Source: Promethearchaeota archaeon (lineage in GTDB: Archaea > Asgardarchaeota > Lokiarchaeia > Sigyniarchaeales > SOKP01). Taken from it: 32,104 nt of DNA. The stretch lies in contig JBHLNS010000037.1 of NCBI GenBank assembly GCA_048941285.1, positions 1-32,104 of the forward strand. Direction: 5' to 3'. Both the position numbers and the translations under genes were made by a program. Of this stretch, positions 8,643-17,159 are shown in pieces (the stretch's first letter is position 1; each line of letters begins with the position of its first letter). The notes under the pieces are model-generated. The model was not told the DNA's origin. It ran no database searches and worked only from the letters and a program-made list of their open reading frames with translations.

Positions 8643-9662
8643 TTATAAATATTTCATTTGTTCTTTAGGGATTGAACGAAATCCCAATGAAATCATCATC
8701 CCATAAACAATTGCTAATGCTATATTATTAAATAAGGGGTTACTATCGATGGATAAATCTGTTCTGGGTAATAATTCAGGTAATATTTGATCAAGAATAT
8801 ATTTAGTTTTTGGATTCTCATCGTGATACTTTACAATCAGAGTTTTAAACTTCTCCATAAAAGCTTCATGTTCAGAAAGAATTTCTTGAACATTATTTTT
8901 ACCATTTACTATTCCAAAATGTCCAAAACCGGCCATTAAAGGCTCTAGTTGTCTCAAATTCCTTAATGAATTCATATAATCTTCATGATTATAATAAATA
9001 GGCATGGAAGTTGGCATAGTAAGTAATTTAGTATCGTGATATATTGTACCAGCTGCTTCACCTAAAAAAATAAAATCAATCGAATTATGTTTTATAAATA
9101 AGGGTGTTTGATGATCTGGGGTGTGTCCAGGAGTTTTTAATATTGCAAGTTTAATTTCTGTTCCTTCAATGCTAAATTTTTCAATTATATCTAAATTATT
9201 AGCGTTTGAATTAAAGTTAATACTTGGTTCTATGATCTTAAATGCTGATTCTTCTATAGGCTTCATCTCACCTACTAAGTTGCCATATGTACTCCTTCCT
9301 CGATTCAAATGATATTCATAATCGTTCAATAGTGTCTTTGTCAAAGTATTTGTAAGGATTTTTATATCTGGATTATATTTTTTTAATTCCTTGTATAATT
9401 TCCACATTCCACCATTATGATCAAAATGATGATGAGAAGTTATTAGATATTTAAAGGACTCTAAAGCCAAATTATTTCTTTTAAAATACCTTAACAATTT
9501 TTTTATATCCAAAGATGACCCACAGTCTAATAAAATTGAGGAATCTTCGAATTCTCCAAGGAAAACAGAGAGCATTCTTGTAGTACCATAAGCTTTAACA
9601 TCAATATGATGTAGATATTCATTGATTTTCCCTGAATTAAGAGTAATAACTTCTGTTTCCAT
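8643..9662 (-). CDS. MBL-fold metallo-hydrolase
   Basis: Motifs 'LLDCG', HxHxDH 'SHHHFDHNGG', 'TPGHTPDH', 'LGEAAG' and 'FGHFG'. Confidence 0.9.
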   Translation of the reverse strand: METEVITLNSGKINEYLHHIDVKAYGTTRMLSVFLGEFEDSSILLDCGSSLDIKKLLRYFKRNNLALESFKYLITSHHHFDHNGGMWKLYKELKKYNPDIKILTNTLTKTLLNDYEYHLNRGRSTYGNLVGEMKPIEESAFKIIEPSINFNSNANNLDIIEKFSIEGTEIKLAILKTPGHTPDHQTPLFIKHNSIDFIFLGEAAGTIYHDTKLLTMPTSMPIYYNHEDYMNSLRNLRQLEPLMAGFGHFGIVNGKNNVQEILSEHEAFMEKFKTLIVKYHDENPKTKYILDQILPELLPRTDLSIDSNPLFNNIALAIVYGMMISLGFRSIPKEQMKYL

Positions 9663-9754
9663 AAAAAAAGTAATTAAAATAACAATAAGAATTATTTTAT
9701 TATTAAAAATTAACTAAATTTATTCTTATTCAAAATCATCAAAAAAATAAAAGA

Positions 9755-11956
9755 TTAAAGATTAAGCTTCTGTCTCCAAATTTTCATTGAAAGTTTTAAC
9801 TCATCTTGTTCCGGGCGGCTTAATATTTCTGGATTACTTTTTAATTCCGTACTTATATTATGCACGTTTTTGAGAACACTATTATAGCCTTCTATTTTCA
9901 CATATTCATTTTGAAATCGTTCTAATGCTAATGATATTTCGGTTCCAGTCATGTTATCTATACTATTAATAATTTCATCAAATTGATTTGATAAGACCGT
10001 CTGTTTTGGAGATCCAATAACTTCTCTTTTGACAGGTTCTTCTTCCTCTGGAGGAATTGCGATTGCGGGGATGGTGGTAAACGGTTCCTCTTTTAATGGT
10101 TCTTCTTTAAGAGGTTCTCCTAAAATAGGTTTCTTAATTGTTCGCATTACTTCCTTTCTTGCTCCAACCCATGCATCTTCAATTATTGGTACAAAAATTT
10201 TGATATGTTCCTCAATAATACTTCCAATGCCTGCAATTTCAGTTACTGTTTCTCCTCTAATTTCAGTCTTAGAAAGAACACATAATATTACTTCTTCATA
10301 ATCTTTATTTACAGCCCAAAGGTTTTGAAGTGCTCGATTTCTATAATCAACATTATCCATTTTATCCATTTCTCTCATAATTGCTTCATGTTCAGGAATA
10401 GTAGGATCAATGTATGCTGCAATTCTGAAATTAATACGCGAGGGTCGGGCTTTTATTGACTCTATATCGATATCGGAAAGGTTTGGAGCGACTATCAAAA
10501 CTCTCATTTTAGCTTTCGAGATTTCTTCATTAATATGAGCTTTAGCTGCTTCTGGAGAGCGAATAAACCAGATATCTTTCATCGTAAAACCTCGAGTACC
10601 TTTTGCTTGCTCCCAGAATTCTCTTGTAGTAATTTCGCTAACTTCTAAACGGTTCATAATATCCGATAATGTGTTATCTAACGTATCAACAATTCCTTTT
10701 CCAAATATATCTTTTATATTTCCAAATGATTCAAAAATACCCCCAGAAAGTCCATCAATTCTTTCTTCAGCTAATTTTACAGCCTTATTGAAATTTTCTG
10801 AAAGATCTGTAAATATTTTATCTTTAGCATCTCCTGTTTTAGAAGCAATCGAATCTATATTTTTAACAGCTCCTTGAAGTGAATCCTTTAGTTTTGATAT
10901 AACCTCTGTATTTAATCCTTGAGTGGCCTTTTTCAATTCGTCAGCAAAAACTGTTTGGCTTACACTTAATTGCACGTTTAAATTATCAGAAATATCTTTT
11001 AAGCGAGATGCAATAACTTTATCAATAACATCTCCTACTGCTTGTTGAATTACTCCTAAACGTAGTTTCTGTAAATTATCTGTTATAGTTTCTTTAATAT
11101 CACCAAACTGATTGCGAAGATCATCAACTTGATTCTTAATTATTTGGGATGTTCTAACATTAAGAGTATCAAATTGTTTTGATAAAGAATCCAATTGATC
11201 ATCACTAAGAGATTTTGAAATATCTCCAAGTTGAGACAAATCTTCTGAAATTGTTCTAATTTGATCTATTGCAGAAATTGTCTCATCAAACTCTTGTTTT
11301 TGAGCTTGAATTTGAGAGAGCATTTTTTCTTTTAATCCTGACATTGCTTCACTTGATTGCTTTAATCTTTCCATTCCTTCCGCTTCTGATTCAAGTTTAG
11401 TAAAAGATACATCTAACTGTTTTGGGATTTGTGATTTTATCTCAGAAATATATTTATGAAACTTCTGTAATTGTGCTATTAAAGCAGCATAAGGAGGCAA
11501 AGCTTGATAATGAGGTGTTGCTCCAACTATTTCTTTAAATAAGCCCTTTTCTACAAATTTTTCAGCAATTTTGTTACAATCTTCTTTCGATCTACCAGTT
11601 AAAATAGACATTTCACCAATCGACACTGCTTCTCGGCCAGTAGTTCGAAAATAAAGGTCTATTTCCTCGTCTGACAAATCTATTTCACTTAAAACTTGTT
11701 TTGTTAGCTCTTTCGAATAAGAAACATCTTTAGCTTTTTCTATTACATCCTTTATTTCAAAATTCTCAACTTCTAAATATTGATTTAAAAAGACAATTAG
11801 TTTATGAGGGGGTTCCCCATGAACATATTCTTTGCTGATTGGGAATTTATTGATTTCTCTATATTCATCAATAGAAATTGGAAATTTTATCTCTTTTAAA
11901 CATATTTTGCAAGTAATTGGAACCTCAACAACATTTTTATCTTTAAATAGATACAT
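9755..11956 (-). CDS. TrmB-like multidomain protein: Zn-binding-like N-domain, TrmB wHTH, ~290-aa helical/coiled-coil insert, PLD-like effector domain, P/E linker, helical C-domain
   Basis: CKIC...HGEPPH at the N-terminus. 'LSDEEIDLY...SIGEMSILTG...FVEKGLFKEIVGATPHYQALPP' matches the TrmB HTH. 'IWFIRSPEAAKAHINEEISKAKMRVLIVAP' matches the start of the TrmB C-terminal domain. Confidence 0.7.
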   Translation of the reverse strand: MYLFKDKNVVEVPITCKICLKEIKFPISIDEYREINKFPISKEYVHGEPPHKLIVFLNQYLEVENFEIKDVIEKAKDVSYSKELTKQVLSEIDLSDEEIDLYFRTTGREAVSIGEMSILTGRSKEDCNKIAEKFVEKGLFKEIVGATPHYQALPPYAALIAQLQKFHKYISEIKSQIPKQLDVSFTKLESEAEGMERLKQSSEAMSGLKEKMLSQIQAQKQEFDETISAIDQIRTISEDLSQLGDISKSLSDDQLDSLSKQFDTLNVRTSQIIKNQVDDLRNQFGDIKETITDNLQKLRLGVIQQAVGDVIDKVIASRLKDISDNLNVQLSVSQTVFADELKKATQGLNTEVISKLKDSLQGAVKNIDSIASKTGDAKDKIFTDLSENFNKAVKLAEERIDGLSGGIFESFGNIKDIFGKGIVDTLDNTLSDIMNRLEVSEITTREFWEQAKGTRGFTMKDIWFIRSPEAAKAHINEEISKAKMRVLIVAPNLSDIDIESIKARPSRINFRIAAYIDPTIPEHEAIMREMDKMDNVDYRNRALQNLWAVNKDYEEVILCVLSKTEIRGETVTEIAGIGSIIEEHIKIFVPIIEDAWVGARKEVMRTIKKPILGEPLKEEPLKEEPFTTIPAIAIPPEEEEPVKREVIGSPKQTVLSNQFDEIINSIDNMTGTEISLALERFQNEYVKIEGYNSVLKNVHNISTELKSNPEILSRPEQDELKLSMKIWRQKLNL
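10083..10120 (-). repeat. Short imperfect 15-bp tandem repeat encoding GEPLK-EEPLK-EEP
   Basis: Visible in both protein and DNA within the low-complexity linker. Confidence 0.55.
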
Positions 11957-11989
11957 CTTTTTATATCATCTCTTTTAATTTTTACATTT

Positions 11990-13243
11990 TCAAAATGTTA
12001 CCTTTTCAGGATATGTTATTTCTAACAAACTAAGAGCTTTCCTTGCGATTTCAAAAGTTATTGCTCCATCAGCTTCTTGATTTTTATAAGCGGCTCTAAT
12101 TTTGGGAAGCAAAAATTCTGGAAATACTATTAATGGTTTTATATCAGTTAATAGACATATCCATTTTCTATCATTGTCGTCGATAATCTCTGTTATAATA
12201 TTTAGTTTCTTTAAATCGTCTAACAAAATCTCAGTAACAGCAAATTCAGAAAAAATTTTGGGTATTTTATCTAATGGGTAATGGTTGTGCCTCATTAATA
12301 CGAAAAAATCATAAACATCCGGATTTAAAAGAATTGATGCTAATTTTCTTGTTTCTTCAAGTGGTTCAGCATAAGGATCATAATTTGCAAAAAAGTCAAT
12401 GACTTTTTGTTTATATTTTGGCAATAATTCGTTTTTTGTTTCTTTAAAATGGTTTAATAAATTTTCGTTTGGAATACGTGTAATCATTATATCCTTGACT
12501 AAGAATAAATATTCTCCTTGATGTGAGATTTCACCTGTTTTTTTATCTTTTTCTCCTTTAATCCAATCTCTCCGAATAATATTTAACTCTAAAAATGGTT
12601 GAAGTAGAATGTCAACATTTATAGTAGAAGTCATTTTTTCTAGTATAGACTTCATATCTTTTTTTGAAATTGGAGCCTCTCGGAGAATCTGCAAGATTTT
12701 TAAGCGTTCATTGCTATTATAGATCAAAGCTGCTTTTTGGAGTTTATCTAAATTAGATAATCTGTCTACTTGGAAAATTGTGAATTTAATCTCATTTTTG
12801 AGTCTTATATTGATGTTTTCTATCAAAGAAAGTTGCTTAGAATTTCTAGCACGAGTTAATTTATCAAAAATTACATCTAATCGATTACCCATTTCTTTAA
12901 TTAAACCATCAAATATCTCAATTTCATCATCCAATTCAAATATAGAGATAGCTAAATACTGAGTTCCATCAGCAACTTGTTTGAAATAAGATACTACTTG
13001 ATAAGGAGTTTCTTTTAATCTTCCCTCAAAAAAGTTGCTATAACTATATTTAACCCCAAAAAGTCCTGTAGTATGCTGATAAAAAATTGCGAAAATATCA
13101 TTTTCAACTAATAATTCTGAAAAATTTTCTTCATCAAATTTATCTTCACGGAATATTAATTGAATTGGTTCAAATTCCGGTTCTATTTCTCCCGTTTCTT
13201 TTTGATTGATTTTAAACTGAAATGTCAAAATACCTTGGATCAA
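11990..13243 (-). CDS. Hypothetical protein: longin-like N-domain plus two tandem winged-helix-like repeats
   Basis: TTG start preceded by AGAGGA. Apparent beta-beta-alpha-beta-beta-beta-alpha-alpha pattern at the N-terminus. Internal repeat 'ILLQPFLELNII...LFLVKDIMITRIP' vs 'ILLDDLKKLNII...ICLLTDIKPLIVFP'. The ORF is solid; the domain call is inferred. Confidence 0.6.
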   Translation of the reverse strand: MIQGILTFQFKINQKETGEIEPEFEPIQLIFREDKFDEENFSELLVENDIFAIFYQHTTGLFGVKYSYSNFFEGRLKETPYQVVSYFKQVADGTQYLAISIFELDDEIEIFDGLIKEMGNRLDVIFDKLTRARNSKQLSLIENINIRLKNEIKFTIFQVDRLSNLDKLQKAALIYNSNERLKILQILREAPISKKDMKSILEKMTSTINVDILLQPFLELNIIRRDWIKGEKDKKTGEISHQGEYLFLVKDIMITRIPNENLLNHFKETKNELLPKYKQKVIDFFANYDPYAEPLEETRKLASILLNPDVYDFFVLMRHNHYPLDKIPKIFSEFAVTEILLDDLKKLNIITEIIDDNDRKWICLLTDIKPLIVFPEFLLPKIRAAYKNQEADGAITFEIARKALSLLEITYPEKVTF

Positions 13244-13437
13244 TTTTAGAATCCTCTTGAATAATTTATTATACTTCAGTTATTGAAATATATATAATAA
13301 TTTCTTAAGTAACTTATTATTATTAATTTTATTTAATTTGCGTGTGAAAAATCAAGTATAATATTAAAATCTATATTAAACAATAAACATGATTTAAAAT
13401 AATATATTTTTTTTATTTATAGGGGTTACTGTGATTT

Positions 13438-16400
13438 ATGAAATCAAAATCTAAAAAGAAAATAGTACAATTATTAATTGTCCTTGCTGCATTTCTATTT
13501 TTCCTAAACATCTTCGCCATACCAGTAAGAGGTGAGCACTTAACAAAAACAACTTATATTGAAGAGTGGATAGAGAATTCAGATTTTGATGATAGTGTAG
13601 GTTGGATATCCGAAATCTCTGGAGATGTCACTGATGTTAATAATGACATTAGTGTTGGTGTAGCCAATTTTAATATACAAGGAAAAATGTATACAAACAC
13701 ATTGATATCAGGAACGCCTAATTCTTCAACATCAGAAGGATGGAATAATAATACAAATCCAGAAATACCTGTTTATCCCACGCAAGGGCATGGAATTGAT
13801 AAGTATGGTTGTTTTGCTTCACATTTATGGGCTGAACATCTTGGGACTACTACTAATGCTTATCAAAAAACTAGTGTTCAATGGGAAAAGGTAATAACAA
13901 CACCCCATAACATGTCAGACTATACCATAACTAATGCTTCATTAGAGGTTGAGATTAATGCAACTGCTAAAGCTTTTATAGGATGTGGTAGTGGAGATGT
14001 GTGGCATTGGGAAGGTGTTGAAGCAGTTGGTGATACAACTGATGTAGTTCGATTCATTGAAGGAGATTTCATTAGGTTTTTTGTTAGACTTTCAAATTTA
14101 AATAAAGATGTTAATTATAAGGTAGCTCAATTTCAAACTACAACTTTAGGATATGATGGAGCAGAAATAAATGGTTCTTATGATTATTTGGACGACATGG
14201 TATTTTATGCTGACGATATGGAGGATCTCATATTCTTTTTAAACCAAGTGTTAGAAAATGGTGATTTTCAGAATTTTCTCATCATATTGGGGATGGAATT
14301 TAATTGCGAGGACAATTGCGCTACTGATTTAGATGAATTCACTAAAGCTTATTTCAAAACTTGTAATTTAACAATTTCCTATATAAAGAAAATTAATAGG
14401 TTAACCACAGCATCATGGAAATATCTTGGAGACATGATTGACAATAGGGGGGGATTTGTAGAAATTAATTATGCAACTTTGCAATTTGATTATAGAATAA
14501 ATGTTGAATGGCCTAGTGATCTATCACCCAATTCTGAAATTAGAATCCTAATAAATGATAACGAGCACACTGAGACAATTGAATTAAAATTTGCTGAGAC
14601 ACATTTTAAACCAGCAAAAATTGAAGGATTTGAGATAGGTACTTTAATTCCTAATAATGAAGAGATAAATCTTACCATACAAATATTTCTAGCAGATGAG
14701 TTTAATTTAATAGAAGACCTGATAATTAGCATAGATAATGTTGAATTGAATATATCATATGATATTTTCCTTCATGTTACAGACGATCCTCTATTTATTA
14801 TATTACTAATTATAGCTCTAATAGGTTCTTCTTTATTGGGAGCGTATTTTGTATACTATAGGCTAGTTTTGAGATTTCCCAGTCAAGTAAGAAAAGTCCG
14901 GAAATTTCGTAGAACACTCAATAAGAGGGATCCTCCTAAAGTGATAATAAAAAGTCGCGAAAAAGTCTTTAATTCAATTTACAATAAAGAATTGAAGAAA
15001 ACTTCGAGTGCTATAAGTTTAAAGCCCTCTACAAAAGTATTATCTAAAAAACCGATATCAAATACAAAAGAGGATAACAAGGACCTTTCAAAAAAGCTTA
15101 TAATCATTTTTTTCATTATTATTGGTTTTTTCATTGTTCCTACAATTAATTGTTTCTTTTCTAATTCATTTATACGCCATGAAAAAGTAATGAGTTTAAA
15201 TATGCTACAAGTTGGAAACTCATTTTTATTTAATAGAATTTCTCATAATGAACAATGGATTGAAAATCCCAGTTTTAATACAAATGATAATTGGACAATG
15301 TTTATGCAGGGTGATATAACTGATTTGGCTTTGGATATTAGCAATGGTAGTGGAAACTATGAAATTCTAGGTAATTATGGGACTCAAGAATTTTATGAAG
15401 ATGGTACTAGTACTAACTGGACTAGACTTCAAAATGAGGATAATATTGTATTGCCTGATTATTTCGACACTATTTCAAGTGGTGGGTCAGGGATGGATGA
15501 GCGAGGTTGGTACTCATACTTTTTTTGGCCAGATAATCAACCTCAATCGGTGAAAGTTCAATGGATGAAGAATTTTACTATGAATGTAAATATGTCAGAT
15601 TATTATATTACATCTGCGTCTTTAGAAGCGTGGATTAATGGAACTGTAGATGATAGTCCGGTGAATGGTGGAGGTATTGATAGACCAGGAGACACATTAG
15701 CTGGAGGGACAACAGTCCAAATAGCTACCGGCGATTTTGCTCGGTTTTTCATTATAATTTCAGATGTTGAAAAGAATAGAGAATTTATTGCTGCGCAATA
15801 TCAAACTGATGATTTGGGTAAGGATGGACCTCCTGCCATTTCTCAGTTAAATGATACTCTTATAATGCCTATAAATGAAGAAACATTGATATTTTACATT
15901 GAACAAGCTTTACAGTACGACCATCAAAACTTTGCTATTACATTAGGAATGTATTTTTGGTGTGAAGATAGTGGTCATCCAGGAGATTCAGATGATTGGC
16001 AAATGATGATAATTAAAAACTTTTCCCTATCAATATCCTATGAAAAGAAAATTAACCAATTTTCGACTGCTTCTTGGAATTATAATGGTAAACAAATTGA
16101 AGCTAATGGATACCGTGTTGAAATAAGAGATGCTCAACTCAAGTTCGAATCAAAATTGGACAAACTATGGCCATCTGATTTGTCTCCAAATTCTAAATTT
16201 AAAATTCTTATTAATGGTGTTGAACATAACGAAACAATTCGATTAAATGATATAGGTACATTGTTTCAAAATGTTACAGAAACTGGATTTAGTGTTGGCA
16301 GAATAATCCCAAATGATAATGTGATAAATCTCACAATTCAAGTATATCTAGCAGATGAATTTGCATTACGAGAGAATATAAAAATTTCTATAGATAATGT

Positions 16401-16875
16401 AAGTCTCTGGATTTCTTATTATGTATTCATTCCAATAAGAGAATTTCTATTATATCAGATTTTATTTGTTTTAGCATGTATTTGTGCTGGAGGTTTAGCT
16501 TCTTACGTGGTATTATACCAAAAAATATTAAAATATCCTAAAACTGTGCGAAAAGTCAGGAAATATCGAAAATCTTTACGTAAGGAAAAAGTACCAGAAA
16601 TCCCGATAAAAAGTCGAGAGTCAACATTTAAACATTCATATAATCAGGAAATGACTAAAATATCCCAATTATTAAATGCTAAATTATTATTGCGTAGAGG
16701 TGAAAAGGGAGAAGCAGGAGAAATAGATTTAGAATCCATTGAGCAATCTCAAAGCAATGTAGATGAAAAGATAAAATCTGAGGAATTAATCACCAAGTCA
16801 TTGGAAAAGAAGGAAGAACTTGATAAATTAGTTAAAGATTCTATTGGAGATGCATCGGAAACAAATAAATCTTGA
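13438..16875 (+). CDS. Large membrane-anchored surface (glyco)protein with two tandem paralogous extracellular modules (A+B fusion)
   Basis: Order: signal/TM, ~410-aa beta-rich module, TM, basic motif 'RFPSQVRKVRKFRR', TM, second module, TM, 'KYPKTVRKVRKYRK', charged tail. Many N-x-S/T sequons. Confidence 0.8.
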   Translation: MKSKSKKKIVQLLIVLAAFLFFLNIFAIPVRGEHLTKTTYIEEWIENSDFDDSVGWISEISGDVTDVNNDISVGVANFNIQGKMYTNTLISGTPNSSTSEGWNNNTNPEIPVYPTQGHGIDKYGCFASHLWAEHLGTTTNAYQKTSVQWEKVITTPHNMSDYTITNASLEVEINATAKAFIGCGSGDVWHWEGVEAVGDTTDVVRFIEGDFIRFFVRLSNLNKDVNYKVAQFQTTTLGYDGAEINGSYDYLDDMVFYADDMEDLIFFLNQVLENGDFQNFLIILGMEFNCEDNCATDLDEFTKAYFKTCNLTISYIKKINRLTTASWKYLGDMIDNRGGFVEINYATLQFDYRINVEWPSDLSPNSEIRILINDNEHTETIELKFAETHFKPAKIEGFEIGTLIPNNEEINLTIQIFLADEFNLIEDLIISIDNVELNISYDIFLHVTDDPLFIILLIIALIGSSLLGAYFVYYRLVLRFPSQVRKVRKFRRTLNKRDPPKVIIKSREKVFNSIYNKELKKTSSAISLKPSTKVLSKKPISNTKEDNKDLSKKLIIIFFIIIGFFIVPTINCFFSNSFIRHEKVMSLNMLQVGNSFLFNRISHNEQWIENPSFNTNDNWTMFMQGDITDLALDISNGSGNYEILGNYGTQEFYEDGTSTNWTRLQNEDNIVLPDYFDTISSGGSGMDERGWYSYFFWPDNQPQSVKVQWMKNFTMNVNMSDYYITSASLEAWINGTVDDSPVNGGGIDRPGDTLAGGTTVQIATGDFARFFIIISDVEKNREFIAAQYQTDDLGKDGPPAISQLNDTLIMPINEETLIFYIEQALQYDHQNFAITLGMYFWCEDSGHPGDSDDWQMMIIKNFSLSISYEKKINQFSTASWNYNGKQIEANGYRVEIRDAQLKFESKLDKLWPSDLSPNSKFKILINGVEHNETIRLNDIGTLFQNVTETGFSVGRIIPNDNVINLTIQVYLADEFALRENIKISIDNVSLWISYYVFIPIREFLLYQILFVLACICAGGLASYVVLYQKILKYPKTVRKVRKYRKSLRKEKVPEIPIKSRESTFKHSYNQEMTKISQLLNAKLLLRRGEKGEAGEIDLESIEQSQSNVDEKIKSEELITKSLEKKEELDKLVKDSIGDASETNKS

Positions 16876-17056
16876 GGAATTTCACTCCTAGTCATTAAAA
16901 TTTATCAATTAATATCCAAGCTTTTAAATCTTAAATTATCCTTGTTTCAAGATAAAGTTATGCCCAATTTGAATAAATCTAATCTTTTTCTCAAAGATGT
17001 TAAATAGAATTAGACAAAAACATGATAAATAAGTTTTTTAATAAACATTATTTAAT

Positions 17057-17090
17057 TAATTCTTAAGAATTATTTAATACAAGTATTAAA
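17057..17090. promoter_or_regulatory. Two abutting dyad-symmetry elements, candidate regulator binding sites
   Basis: TAATTCTT|AAGAATTA at 17057-17072 is a perfect 16-bp palindrome. TTTAATAC-AA-GTATTAAA follows at 17073-17090. Confidence 0.35.
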
Positions 17091-17159
17091 ATAATATAAT
17101 ATTAAATTCATTAAAGAATAGATATATAAGAATATTCAAAGTGTTGGTGATAGGTTTTA

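Noticed and set aside
9755-11956. SMC or MCP chemoreceptor call for the coiled-coil protein
   Set aside because: No Walker A/B or ABC signature, and no MCP hairpin consensus.
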